Assembly (NCBI GenBank): GCA_951406725.2
Contig: OX597835.1
Coordinates: 14,942,001-15,006,000, forward strand
Source of the DNA: Octopus vulgaris
Taxonomy: Eukaryota
Length of the DNA: 64,000 bases
Direction: 5' to 3'
Under the pieces are notes generated by a model that saw nothing but the letters and a program-made list of their open reading frames with translations, was not told the DNA's origin and ran no database searches. This document shows, piece by piece, positions 1 to 12,906 of this stretch; the stretch's first letter is position 1, and each line of letters opens with the position of its first letter. The position numbers and the translations under genes were made by a program.

Positions 1-1369
1 TTTACGTTGTGAGTTCAAATTCTGTCACGGTCAATTTTACCTTTCATCTCTCTGGGGGTCGATAAAATAATAAAGTACTTGTCTAATAGAGAAGTTAAAT
101 TGTTAGTGCGTCGGACAAAATGCGTAGCGGCATCTGTTCCAGCGCATTATGGTCCGAGTTCAATTCACACCAGAATGAAATGTGTGTGTGTGTGCGTGTG
201 TGTGTGTGTCCATCGCCATTTGACAGCTGGTGTTGGTTGTCAAGCGTTGATGGAGGACAACCACAATCTCTTTTGCCGAACCGCTAAGTTCAGCAAAAGA
301 AACTGACAGAATAAGTGCCCAGCTTTACAAAAAAAAATAATAATAAGTCGTGGGTTCGATTCGTTCGGCTAACATTCTTCAAGGTGGTGATCCAGCATGG
401 CCGCAGACTAATGAAAAAAAACAATCAAAAGATAAATTCATAAACTTAACCATGCGTGACGCAGTCGAAACTGATTTGTGGTTACAGTGTATGGCTTGGA
501 CTGCTTCACTCGTGGACTGGATTTGCAATTTAAAAAATGGCGCTGATAACTATTAAGTGTTTCTTTCTTACATTTTGTTTTTGTTTGTTTGTTGTTGTTC
601 TTTTGTTACAACCCTTCAGAATTCAGATTACTCTGTCAAATGTAATGCTTATTTAATCACATTGTTTTTAAGTAATAAAGCATTACCCATAGCTTCGAGA
701 TTTCGATGACGCGGTTGTGGATTTTTAGCAATACATTGCAGGTTAGGTATGAGAGGCCGGAACTGGCCAAAGGATCAGGAGCGATAGGCTGGGCCAGTCA
801 CGCTTTACATGACTCCCAGAACTGTTGAGAGAATGGGTAGTCTTAAACTGGAAGTCTGAACCAAAAGCTTTTCTCGGCCGAAGCCACTCGAAACACTAAA
901 TGGCGTTGTGAAATCAAATGAAGAAGTAAGTACATGGTGAGATTTGAACTCATAAAACAAATATAATAAGAAATCCACCCTTCCAACGCTGTATCAATTC
1001 CACTCAGCCACCGTTCTGGCCTGGTACTTTATTCCATTGATTCCAAATGGATGAAAGACAAACCTTTTCCAAACATAGGCATTTCACTGGCAAATTCTTC
1101 AATTTTGTTTTTCACCAAGTTTTTCTTCACAATTCTTTTATAACGAAATGATTGTATGAGGGAGGGGAGGTGCTAGTTTAATCGGAACTGTTGCAGAAAA
1201 GCGTCTTCATTGTTCTTATGTCCTTGCTCAAACATAAACTCCTCTAAAACATATGACAGACAACGTAAAGTGTCTTAGATCCACTTCCGGCAATTATCAC
1301 TAAACTGTTTCCTTGTTATAATTCTTTAAAACTAGACTTTGTTCTTCTTCCAATCCACTTTACACCCCC

Positions 1370-1402
<33 letters not shown>

Positions 1403-2516
1403 ATTTTCTCCTTCCTTATTTCCGCTTCATGTTTCACTAATCTTTTTATCTGAAAGTAAGTCCAACATCCTGAGCCATTACAGTAAGATGAGAGGGATCA
1501 ATCATATATATATATATATATATGCGTCTGTGTGTGAGAGAGAAACGTATATACATCCATAGTTACATACACACAAACACATATTTACACACATATACAC
1601 ACACGCATACGCACACGCGCGTACATAAACACACACGTTATTTAATCTGTAAATGTGACTTGGTGAACATTTTCAAAAGTTCTTTTTGTAATTTATAATT
1701 CTATTAAATATATATTTCTTTAAAACTAAGTTTCAGGCACAAAGTGTTTACTTGACAGGTTTTTTGGGGGGTTTCTAAAAAAAGAAAAAAGAAATTTTTA
1801 AAAAATAAAAAAAATTTTATTTAATTCTATTTGCAAGTAAATGGGCAAAATGTCACCGAAAAACAAAATTTAACGAAATACACAGAAAGAGAAGAAAAAA
1901 ATTGTTTAGTTTTACATTTTCGCAGAAACCAAATGCTCGTCCTGGATCCATATCTAATCTTTAATATAATATTTCAAAGCAGAATTTTTCCCACTCCAGT
2001 CTGCTACTCTTCATGGTAAAAGTGCTTGTTAGTTAGAATCTATAATGCTCGGGTTTCTCTATATTTTTATTCCTTTATGTTATTTAGTGACAAATGGATT
2101 CTATCGATTTCTTTTAAAGGTCTGCAGATGACAGAATTTATACCATTTTCTTTTTTTATATATAATAATTTCATTCCATAAAACTCCGTTCAATTTCATT
2201 TTACAAAAGCTCGTTCAATTCCATTTTTACAAAAAAAAAAAAGCTTGTTCACTTTAGTTAATATTGTTGCTGTCGGTGAGAAAACTATAACTGTACAACA
2301 ACAATGCTGTGTTTTGTAAGAGGATGGTCATGATACATGCAAATTTGCTAGGTTCTCATTCCACATCAGAAGCTTGCGGGTTGTCTGAAGTTTACTCTTT
2401 TTTTTTTTATTTATATCCCTTTTACTCTTTTACTCTTTTATTTGTTTCAGTCACAAAATAAAACTATACAAGAGATGCCTGTTTATCAATCTTTCTCTCG
2501 TTCCATACACACACAT

Positions 2517-2721
2517 ACTCTTTTACTCGTTTCAGTCATTTGACTGCGGCCATGCTGGAGCACCGCCTTTAGTCGAGCAACTCAACCCCGGGACTTATTC
2601 TTTTTGTCAGCCCAGGACTTATTCTATCGGTCTCTTTTTGCCGAACCGCTAAGTGACGGGGGCGTAAACACACCAGCATCGGTTGTCAAGCAATGCTAGG
2701 GGAACAAACACAGACACACAA

Positions 2722-2756
<35 letters not shown>

Positions 2757-2904
2757 CGACAGGCTTCTTTCAGTTTCCGTCTACCAAATTCACTCACAAG
2801 GCATTGGTCGGCCCGGGACAATAGCAGAAGACACTTGCCCAAGATGCCACTCAGTGGGACTGAACCCGGAACCATGTGGTTGGTTAGCAAGCTACTTACC
2901 ACAC
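2517..2904 (-). mobile_element. SINE family A (tRNA head, CORE-like block, internal TA/CA microsatellite)
   Basis: B-box GGTTCAGTCCC, TCTTGGGCAAGT CORE-like block, internal (TA)n, 3' end GGCGGTGCTCCAGCATGGCCGCAGTCAAATGACTGAAAC plus GAGTAAAA-type tail. More than 20 related copies in the window. Confidence 0.85.
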
Positions 2905-3096
2905 AAGTCCCTACATCTTCAAATGTTAACGTGTTTAATAAGTTTTATACACAGCGTAGGAGTAGCTTGCTTACCAGCCACATGGTTCTGAGTTCAGTCC
3001 CACTGCATGGCACCTTGGAACCATGTTGTTGGTAAGCAAGCTACTTACCATACATATATGCACACATATACATATGCACACATATACATATGCACA

Positions 3097-3358
3097 TAGA
3101 TAGATAGATAAATAGATAGATAGATGGATAGATAGATAAATAGATAGATAGATGGATAGATAGATGGATAGATAGATAAATAGATAGATGGATGGATATG
3201 TTTCTTTATTAGCCACACAGGGCTGCACACAGATAGAAGATAAATAGATAGATAGATGGATAGAAAGATAGAGAGAGAGATAGATGGAGAGAGAGAGATA
3301 GATAGATGGAGAGAGAGAGAGAGAGAGAGAGATAGATAGAGATAGATAGAGAGATATG

Positions 3359-3457
<99 letters not shown>

Positions 3458-3470
3458 GGATAGATAGATA
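3097..3470. repeat. (GATA)n/(GA)n microsatellite
   Basis: Direct reading. Confidence 0.97.
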
Positions 3471-3739
3471 AAATACATTATATAGAGCAAGTATGGGGGT
3501 GGGTATTTTTCTTTGTAGCTTTTGTCAATATCATTATTAGTTACGTGGTGTAGAACTGTAAGTAAAAAAAAAATTTTTTTTTAAAAAGGACATCGAAGTC
3601 ACTACAAAGGATATGGAATTGGTACTCGAAGCAGCTCTTTTATATCACAGCGTTTGTTTCCCCTCAACAATAACTGTATAACGTTTCTATTTAGTTGCAA
3701 TAGTTGTTCGGAAATATTGTCTATTTGCTATAGTGCAAC

Positions 3740-3778
<39 letters not shown>

Positions 3779-4978
3779 TGTAAAGATGATAAAAGGTTCA
3801 CAAATAATGAATGTATTATTGTCTGTTTTAGAGAAGACATTTGAAATAAATTCACAAACGTGTGTCTCATTTTTAACACCAATTCATACTTTATGAAGGC
3901 CTCTCATTTTACTCTAACGAGTGTCATGTTAAAAAAATAACTTTTATGTTATCATTTTCTTACAATCGTTTTTTCTTTTTCTTCTTTTTTTTTTTTTTTT
4001 TGTTAATATTGTCTTGTTCTATTTTGAACATTTCCTCATTATAAGAATTTATGCATTTTGAAGAAAGGTTCTATGTACATTTATGTTTCGGAATGAAATC
4101 AACTTTCGTTTTCTAAAAGAATTCTAAAAAGAGGTGGCGGAAAAAAAAAATGGTGTCGTATAAGAAAATGTTGGCATTGTGTACAAAGCTCGTTGACGAT
4201 AACAAGGAAAGTGACATTGTAGCAAAATGTTTTCAATGGTGTCTTTTATTAAATAGGAGAATGTTAAGGAAAGGAAGAACACTAAAGAATAGGATGGGCT
4301 TAAGGTATAAAAACTATAAATTTGCATATGCAAAACAGATTACGTTCGGGAAGCTCTACAGTTGCTCCTTATATAAGATTCAAAAGATGGCACAGAAGGA
4401 CGAGAAAGGAACAAACGGAAAATTCATACGCAAGACCTGAATATGCTCTTCTCTCTTCAGTTATTGTCCAAAAATCATAACAATTTCACGCCTTTAACGA
4501 TAATATTGTTCGTTTTGGTGGCGTCAATAGCAAAAAGGTTGCGTGGAATAATGAACAAACGTAAAGTATGGTAACGAGTTTAATGTGTATCATGTACAAT
4601 GAAAAAACAAAAAGTAATTTCGTGAAGGTACCAACAGCATTAAAGTTACATAAAAATCCATTTGTATATATTTTTATCTTCTAAGTTTTGAGAATGAAGC
4701 TCAAATTGAAATACATTTATGCAAAGGAAATAATTATGCCAAACTAGACATTGTTGATTTAACGTAAGATGGCTCTAGGATTTCATTTGACACCAATACA
4801 GACATATATTGTAGCAAACGAGATTCGACTGGCATGGTCGCCGGAATTGCCAGTTCATATAAAATCGCGACCATTTCTCTATGAGAGGATCTCTCTAGAC
4901 GAACACAGAAGTTTTCGGTGTTCTAAGAAAGAATTCCTGTTATGTTGGATTTTAAAGATTGTCTTTTGTTATTAATAC

Positions 4979-5381
4979 CTATTTCTTTAGACAAGGGTCT
5001 AATCATAGAGGGGACAAACAAGGACAGACATAGGTATTAAGTCAATTACATCGAACCAGTGCGTAACTGGTACTTAATTTATCGACCCCGAAAGGATGAA
5101 AGGTAAAGTCGACCTTACAACGTAACGGCAGACGAAATACCTATTTCTATTTCTTTATTACCCACAAGGGGCTAAACACAGAGGGGACAAACAAGGACAG
5201 ACATAGGTATTAAGTCGATTACATCGACCCCAGTGCTTAACTGGTATTTAATTTATCGACCCCGAAAGGATGAAAGGAAAAGTCGACCTCGGCGGAATTT
5301 GAACTCAGAACGTAGCGGCAGACGAAATACCGTTAAGTATTTCGCCCGGCGTGCTAACGTGACTGCAAGCTCGCTGCCTTC
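4979..5381 (-). mobile_element. SINE family B dimer with 19-bp target-site duplication
   Basis: Head GGCAGCGAGC...GAGTTCAAATTCC, central GCCTTTCATCCTTTCGGGGTCGATAAATTAAGTACC-type block, tail AAAGAAATAG. TGTCTTTTGTTATTAATAC duplicated at 4960-4978 and 5382-5400. Confidence 0.9.
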
Positions 5382-6525
5382 TGTCTTTTGTTATTAATAC
5401 TGTTTCCGTCGCTAATTGTACCGTTTTCTGGGGGGCGGGGCGTTATTTTTCTCGCCAGGGAAAAAAGACACAATCAATGAGGTGAGGTTTCGAACCCAAT
5501 ATGCGTATGGTAAAAACCCAGGCACAGTGAAACGTTGCTTGTAATTAAAGCAACTACTGTTCCATGGAAATGCCTGCTTACCATTTCTCCATGTTCATCA
5601 TATTACAAGAGTCAGAACGTCACGAATGGACAACATAAAGCATGATTTCTAAACGACTAACAGAATTAATACAAGAAATAAAAGAAAGAACTGTTTCAAC
5701 ATTGACTAAGAACACCAAATTCTTGCAATTTACTGTTTTTTCTTTTTTTGTACTTTTCATTTAAGTTTTTGATCGATTTTAGACCCTTTTTTTTTAAAGA
5801 AAAAACTTACAACTAAAACCTATTGAAGGCCGCACTTGGTCAAATGAGTTTTTAATGAAAGAGAACACGCTCATTTGTAGCGTTTTCGTCTATAGGTTTT
5901 ACTAAAGTTCAACTTTGCTCGGTACACAACCAACCGAATATTTCCTAAAATAAAATAAATAAATAACTAAAATGAAAATCAATAACTGTCTTTTGTATTT
6001 TGGTTTTACTCTAAATCTTTTTCCTTCTCAAAAGAATCTCTAAAATTAAAAGCGAATTACTATTATGTAGAATGAGGTTGAATCGATAAACTCTCTTTTC
6101 GGTTGTTTTCTGTTAAAATTCCACCTGGAAAAAAAAAAATCATTCAGTAAAACCGCTTTGAACTTTTTCTTGAGAGTAAAAGCAGCTGTCCAGGAGTACT
6201 GTATTAACTCGTATTTATTCGTACTTATTAACTCAGAGTAATTCAATATACTCCGAGCATTGTAAAGGACTAACTTAACAGAAAAAAAAATCACTAGTTA
6301 TATTCAATAAACGTCATACCGATAGAGCGGAATTTTTTAACAAGAAATGCTTCATCTTTTTACTTGTTAAAATCATTGAACTGCAGCCATGCTGGAGCAC
6401 TGCCTTGAAGGGTCCTCTGGTACTTATTCGATCCTATTTTGTCGAACCACTAAGTTGTGGGCGGGGGAACAGCACAAACACGTGTATATATATATATGCG
6501 GGTGTGTGTATATATATCTGTTTTA

Positions 6526-6754
6526 GGCGGCGAGCTGGCAGAAACGTTAGCGCGCCGGGCGAAATGCTTTGCGGTATTTCGTCTGTCGTTACGTTCTGAG
6601 TTCAAATTCCGCCGAGGTCGACTTTGCCTTTCATCCTCTCGGGGTCGATAAATAAAGTACCAGTTTCGCACTGGGTCGATGTAACCGACTTAATCCCTTT
6701 GTCTGTCCTTGTTTGTCCCCTCTGTGTTTAGCCCCTTATGGGTAGTAAAGAAAT
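6526..6754 (+). mobile_element. SINE family B monomer
   Basis: Complete head to AAAGAAAT tail. Confidence 0.9.
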
Positions 6755-7059
6755 GTATATATCAGTCTGTGTCTGTATTCCGCACCATCTACATAAATTA
6801 TGGTTTCTGCTTTTTTTCTTTCTCGTTCTTTATTTTTGCATTAACCTTCCTTGTATTTTTTCTTTCCTTTCTTTTCTTTCTCATAAACCAGCATCCTGAT
6901 ATTTTTTCAATTCATCTAACGTCATGAACTGAGACTGAAAGATTCCTTAAAGATAGACGGCATGTTATGTACAGCATATAAGGTACTAAAGTGTACCTTA
7001 AAGCATGAAACTATTAATAACTTTTTTGTAATTGTCTATATAGGATTTACGAATTTTTG

Positions 7060-7530
7060 CACAAGGCCAGCAATTTTGAGGGACAGAGTTAATTGATTAC
7101 ATCAACCGCAGTACTCAACTGGTACTTATTTTATAGAGTCCAAAATGATGAAAGGCAAGGTCGATCTCGGCAGTATTTGAACTCGGAACGTAAAGACGGA
7201 CGAAGCGACGCTAAGCAGATTGTCTAGCGTGCTAACGGTTCTACCAGCTCACCACCTTCAGAAAGTTAAACAAAGCCACTTCCGATACTTATGGTACCTA
7301 TACCGAAGGATCGCCGGGTTTTGATTTAGGCACAAGGCAAACAATTTAAACGGATGGAGGCTTACCAATACCATCAACTCCCGTTCTTGATTGGTACTTT
7401 ATTTTTATCGATCCCAGAAGGATGAAAAAAAAAGCAAAACTGGCCGGAGTGGAATTTGAACTCAGAACATAAATACCCGAAAGGCAATACCACATAACAT
7501 TTTCCAACGCGCAATTTATTTTACCAATAT
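7060..7530 (-). mobile_element. Two older SINE B copies with the alternative tail (GGCCTTGTGCC type)
   Basis: Diverged family B central block and B-box; similar remnants at ~16610-17100, 27470-27620, 33770-33965 and 55030-55540. Confidence 0.7.
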
Positions 7531-7581
7531 AAAATGTTTAATTCTATACACCGCCAGGGCTTCATTGACTCTGTATAATTG

Positions 7582-7644
<63 letters not shown>

Positions 7645-8098
7645 TTCTATGCGTAGGAATGCACAAATAAACATTCACGCATAAACAGCTCTGAAGGTAG
7701 TCACTGCTATTTCATGTATGAACACAATAACCTCTTTAAAGGGGTTTATTATTATTCAATGCTTGCTGCACCTCAAAGGTAATGGAAACGATCACATATC
7801 TTTCCCTCTAGAATTAGGTTTTCCGTGAATGAAAGACCATTCACTTTTACGAACTTCAGTGAAAGCAAACGTCGCTGTTCGTGACACCATCAAAGCTTTC
7901 GCAATCATTTCAGTACCTCGCAGCCGATGAGAATAACTTCAATGAAAAGATTGTTCAATAGGGGTTCAGTAACCCTAATCATATTCAGTAACATAAAGCA
8001 GTCGCAGATAACCCACTCCGCTCAAGATAAGGATACAAAAATACATTTTTCTTACGTATGAACAACGTACAGTTAAAACCTTCCGACGCTTCGTTGAG

Positions 8099-8285
8099 AT
8101 AGATGGATGGATATTAGATATATAGATATTAGATAGATAGATATTAGATATATATTAGATAGATAGATAGATATTTAGATAGATAGATATTAGATAGATA
8201 GATATTAGATATATAGATATTAGATATATAGATAGATAGATATATAGATAGATAGAGATAGATATATAGATATATATAGATAGAT

Positions 8286-8322
<37 letters not shown>

Positions 8323-8421
8323 GATAGAGAGAGATAGATAGATAGAGACAGATAGATAGATAGATAGAGACAGATAGATAGATAGAGACAGATAGATAGA
8401 TAGAGACAGATAGATAGAGAC

Positions 8422-8452
<31 letters not shown>

Positions 8453-8457
8453 GAGAC

Positions 8458-8502
<45 letters not shown>

Positions 8503-8505
8503 TAG
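8099..8505. repeat. (GATA)n compound microsatellite
   Basis: Direct reading. Confidence 0.97.
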
Positions 8506-9094
8506 TATGGATATACATAATATATGTTATAGATATCGGATCGATATGATGTATACTTGTTTCAGTCCCTGGATTCTGGCCAAGCTGGGGCACCGCTTGG
8601 AATGGATAGTCGAACAAATCGACTTTAGTACTTATTTCAGGTTGTTGTTGGTTTTTTTTATTTTTGCAATTCTTGTACTTATTCTATCTTTTCCGTATAA
8701 CCGGCCGAAACTGTTACGATTGTCTGGATACTTGATTAAAGAGAGATTGCTGCGGAGTATCCGTCCTTGTTTTTTCCTGTCCGTCCTTTTATTGTCTATC
8801 TGTCCGGATGCATTATTCTCGTCTGTTGTGTTCTAGTTCCACTTTTTGGATGTGTATGTGTATGTATGTAGACACACTATTTTCTTAAAAGATATATACC
8901 ATTTTGATAAAACCTTTACAAGCTTTTACTCAGAATTTCAGGTGACCGTTCAACGTGAAACTGAGAAATGGTTTCTCTGTTTGTATTTTCTTTTCTTTCA
9001 ACTTCAATAAAATAGCATTTCACTCAGCATTTGTTATTTGAGTACTACTTTTTTCACCTTATTCTGCACGTGTTTGCTTACTTGCGTGTATGCA

Positions 9095-9146
9095 TATACA
9101 TATATTTATGTATATCTATGTATATATGTGTATATATATATGTGTG

Positions 9147-9189
<43 letters not shown>

Positions 9190-9242
9190 ATATGTATATA
9201 TGTATATATGTATATATATATATGTGTGTATATGTATATATG

Positions 9243-9274
<32 letters not shown>

Positions 9275-9288
9275 TGTGTGTATATGTA

Positions 9289-9327
<39 letters not shown>

Positions 9328-9334
9328 ATATGTA

Positions 9335-9373
<39 letters not shown>

Positions 9374-9386
9374 ATATGTATATATG

Positions 9387-9417
<31 letters not shown>

Positions 9418-9424
9418 ATATGTA

Positions 9425-9462
<38 letters not shown>
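9095..9462. repeat. (TA)n/(TG) compound microsatellite
   Basis: Direct reading. Confidence 0.97.
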
Positions 9463-9465
<3 letters not shown>

Positions 9466-10094
9466 CGATTTCTTCATTTAGTTTGCATTTTATTCCTTGG
9501 TTCTTGCTTACACCAACTACTTAATAGCATCTCTGTGTTGTCTTTTGATATATCCCCTTTCTTAAGTTACCCCCTCTTTTTTTTTCTTTAGATCTGATTC
9601 CACTATATACATCACACAATTCCGAAATACATGTTTGGTACATCAAACACTAAACTACAGTGAACGCCTGCATTACTAGTGCATTCTTTTAAAATATTCA
9701 ATAAAACCAATTCCGTTATCGAAAAAGAATTGTCACAAAAAAAAACACATAAAAAATAAAATACTAAAAAATAAAGGAAATCTATTCAACAGGTTTTGCT
9801 CTGGGGAGAAAATGTCTGAAGAATGGCGTGCGTAAATGTTCTTAATCCAGTGCTTCACCATTTTTTTTAATTTTTGGATCTATTTGATTATTATTTTACT
9901 CTGGTAGACCTCCCATTACCATTCACCATTTAAGATGTCCAGTTGGTTGGGGGCCAGCCCAGACTTTGCTGCTCATCAAACAGAGGAGGGCAAAATATCA
10001 AAGTATCGGCCGCTCTCTGACAGATGTGTGGTAGGGCCTGTAGTAGTGAAAACCTCACTGCTATCGGGGCGGAGAGGGCTATCCGCAAGCAAGT

Positions 10095-10480
10095 TGGTTG
10101 GAAGCACTCCGTCGGTTACGACGACGAGGGTTCTGGTTGATCCGATCAACGGAACAGCCTGCTCGTGAAATTAACGTGCAAGTGGCTGAGCACTCCACAG
10201 ACACGTGTACCCTTAACGTAGTTCTCGGGGATATTCAGCGTGACACAGAGAGTGACAAGGCCGGCCCTTTGAAATACAGGTACAACAGAAACGGGAAGTA
10301 AGAGTGAGAGAAAGTTGTGGTGAAAGAGTACAGCAGGGATCACCACCATCCCCTGCCGGAGCCTCGTGGAGCTTTAGGTGTTTTCGCTCAATAAACACTC
10401 ACAACGCCCGGTCTGGGAATCGAAACCGCGATCCTACAACCGCGAGTCCGCTGCCCTAACCACTGGGCCATTGCGCCTCC
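10095..10480 (-). mobile_element. SINE family C, full length, 12-bp TSD
   Basis: Head GGAGGCGCAATGGCCCAGTGGTTAGGG...GGTTTCGATTCCC (A/B boxes). CCGCAAGCAAGT at 10083-10094 and 10481-10492. Confidence 0.92.
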
Positions 10481-10849
10481 CCGCAAGCAAGTACGGTCCT
10501 TGTAAGTCAGAGTGGCTGTCCCAGCGTTTGCCATCTCCCGGAGCAACACCTTTTCCCATTATGTCCGCCGGGACCACGACGTGTGCCGACAAGTCTCTTT
10601 AGTTACCTCTTAGAAACAATGGCACATATATTAAGTCTCTTTAAACGTAGTTAGTAGGGTTTTTTATAATTAGATATTATTAAATATTATTAGGAGTTGT
10701 ATAAAAATTGTTAAAATATTTTGGTTGCGGAAGTATAACCAATGTATTGGACATCACTTTCAAGAACTAAATTCTACGGAAAATGAATGTTTACTTACAA
10801 AAAATGTTATGAATATACAAGGACACATATTTTTATTTCAGTGCTACAC

Positions 10850-11242
10850 CAATGCACGCCTTGCGGCTGTTGCTGTTGAGCGAACGGTCTTCGTCCCAGA
10901 GCTCGCAAGATGGGAGAAGTCCGAAACGTGGTCCTTTGCTATTCGTAAGACTCGCAGAAGAGAAAGCAGGTCAACCCCCGACACCGAGAGCGTCGACGGA
11001 TGGATGAATGCGCACCAGGTTCAGCGGTTGCGTAGGAAGTCGTGGACAAGAAACAGGAAGAAAAAGTGAGAGAAAGTTGGGGCGAAAGAGTACAACAGGG
11101 ATCGCCACCACCCTCTGCCGGAGCCTCGTGGAGCTTTAGGTGTTTTCGCCCAATAAACACACACAACGCCCGGTATGGGAATCGAAACCGCGATCCTCCG
11201 ACCGGGAGTACGCTGCCCTAACCAATGGACCATTGCGCCTCT
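10850..11242 (-). mobile_element. SINE C head and body with a different 3' tail
   Basis: 11050-11242 aligns to family C; 10850-11048 is unrelated to the family C tail. Confidence 0.75.
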
Positions 11243-11422
11243 ACTTGTGCTTGCTGCTGCTCAGCCAGCTTTGCACACTATTACGTTGAACTATGTTAAG
11301 TGTTAGAGAAAGAAACCTGTTTCTTGAAATAAGCAAAAGTGTTTTTCATAGACATCTGAAATACTACCGTGGACATCGAATTTGATATTTTGCTGGCGTT
11401 GACTCCACAAAATATTCTATGA

Positions 11423-11612
11423 GTCCGGGTTGCGGATCCGTGGAACAAGCTGCCAGACGAGATGGTGAAGATGCCGACGACCGCTTTGTTCAAAGCCTCC
11501 CTGGACCTCAAGTGGCCTGAACTCTTTACATGAACACCACCCTGTACTTAACTCCATGTCCCCCTACATGGCCTTGCTATTTGCTTTTGAGCCAAATTAA
11601 CTAACTAACTAC
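11423..11612 (+). mobile_element. 5'-truncated CR1-like LINE 3' end
   Basis: VRVADPWNKLPDEMVKMPTTALFKASLDLKWPELFT* (CR1-type RVxxxWNxLP...FKxxLD), short 3' UTR, (AACT)n tail. Confidence 0.8.
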
Positions 11613-12224
11613 TCAGGTGTCACACAGACAATGGTGTAGGATGACTGTACTAAACGTTTAACGCTTCCATGTTTTATTGTACTAAAAATTACCTTGAAGT
11701 GTGTGTATTAATATCCGGACTAATTATGTTAACATCTGTATGTTCTCACTCTCGTGTTTGTAAATGTCACCGAACACATTTAGAGATTGGAACATTAGGT
11801 TTAAACCTATCCAAGTTCTTTATTATCAACAGATTTTGTTGAAGACATCGAAAACGTCAAAGACTGTGATTCCTATCATGAACCAATCGAAATAATATTG
11901 ATCTGTTCAAAAATAAATAAGTATATAATTGGAGAAGTACAAGTGACGTTCTACATTACTAGATTGCGTCTAAAAATAAACCACATTATCGATTTTAAAA
12001 ACGTAATCCATATTCCAAAAGGAGAATTATTTAGTCAGCTTTCATTATTTCGATTCGTTCGACGAGAATAAATTCAGATTTATTTTCCTTCTTCTGTATC
12101 CAATGAAGGATCTATATGGAGCTACGACTGAGGGGCTGAGTAGATAAGGTTCGGGTTTGGAAGGGGGGAGGGGGATACAGGTGAAGTACCAAGAGGTACA
12201 GATATGATAGCTCTTGTCTTTTGC

Positions 12225-12428
12225 TTACTTGTTTCAGTCATTAGACGACGGCCATGCTGGAGCACAGCCTTGAAGAATTTTCGCCGAGCGAATCAGTCTC
12301 AGCATTTATTATTTTGGCAAAGCCCGGTACTTATTCTATCGGTGTTTTTTTTTACCAAACCGCTAAGTTACAGGGACGCAAACACACCAACACCGATTAC
12401 CAAGTGGTGGTTGGGGACAAAAACACAT

Positions 12429-12464
<36 letters not shown>

Positions 12465-12500
12465 TACACACACACAAACACACGACGGTCTACTTCCAGT
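12225..12500 (-). mobile_element. SINE family A, 3' part, diverged
   Basis: Family A tail and internal (TA)n; 5' part replaced by later insertions. Confidence 0.7.
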
Positions 12501-12501
12501 C

Positions 12502-12532
<31 letters not shown>

Positions 12533-12534
<2 letters not shown>

Positions 12535-12762
12535 GGGCGCAATGGCCCAGTGGTTAGTGCAGCGGTTTCGATTCCCAGACCGGGTGTCGTGAGTTTTTAA
12601 TGAGCGAAAACACCTAAAAGTTCCACGTGTCACTGGCAGGGGGGGGGTGGCTTTCTTCTGTTGGCCTGGTCGCTTAGCCAGCGGAGTGGCATCATTTGAA
12701 GGCTAAAACAATGCGAAGCGCACTGTGACCATCGATGTGTAACATCTGATGACCTGGTCGGT

Positions 12763-12769
<7 letters not shown>
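12533..12769 (+). mobile_element. SINE C head with a third 3' tail, in (TA)n
   Basis: Family C head (GCGG-bounded deletion) then a distinct tail ending GGTCGGTCACGTGAT. Confidence 0.7.
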
Positions 12770-12832
<63 letters not shown>

Positions 12833-12864
12833 TTTATTTAAAGCAGCAGAAAATTCAACAAAAT

Positions 12865-12902
12865 CTGTTACTCTGAGTTTCTCGTTGCCGTTCATCAGAC
12901 AG
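12865..12902 (-). ncRNA. Minimal type I hammerhead ribozyme motif in a Penelope-like terminal-repeat fragment (~12829-12911)
   Basis: CTGT-CTGATGA-ACG GCAA CGA-GAAA-CTC A GAG-TA-ACAG: intact core, 4-bp stem I, palindromic stem III, GUA cleavage triplet, AATAAA ~27 nt downstream. The first stem II pair is an A.A mismatch. Confidence 0.7.
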
Positions 12903-12906
12903 TTTT

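Noticed and set aside
2683-3035. Recurrent short ORFs such as MSSNARGTNT..., MPKMPRSGTEPG..., MRNWYLIYRP..., MVVIPAVLFH...
   Set aside because: They recur because they are translations of SINE A, B and C copies, not a gene family.
4150-4440. 96-aa non-repetitive ORF as a possible exon or transposase fragment
   Set aside because: No motif I recognise, no clear splice sites, and opposite strand to the tincar-like gene.
10405-10480. tRNA-like sequences with A and B boxes
   Set aside because: These are SINE heads continuing into SINE bodies with TSDs; no complete acceptor stem or Pol III terminator at tRNA length.
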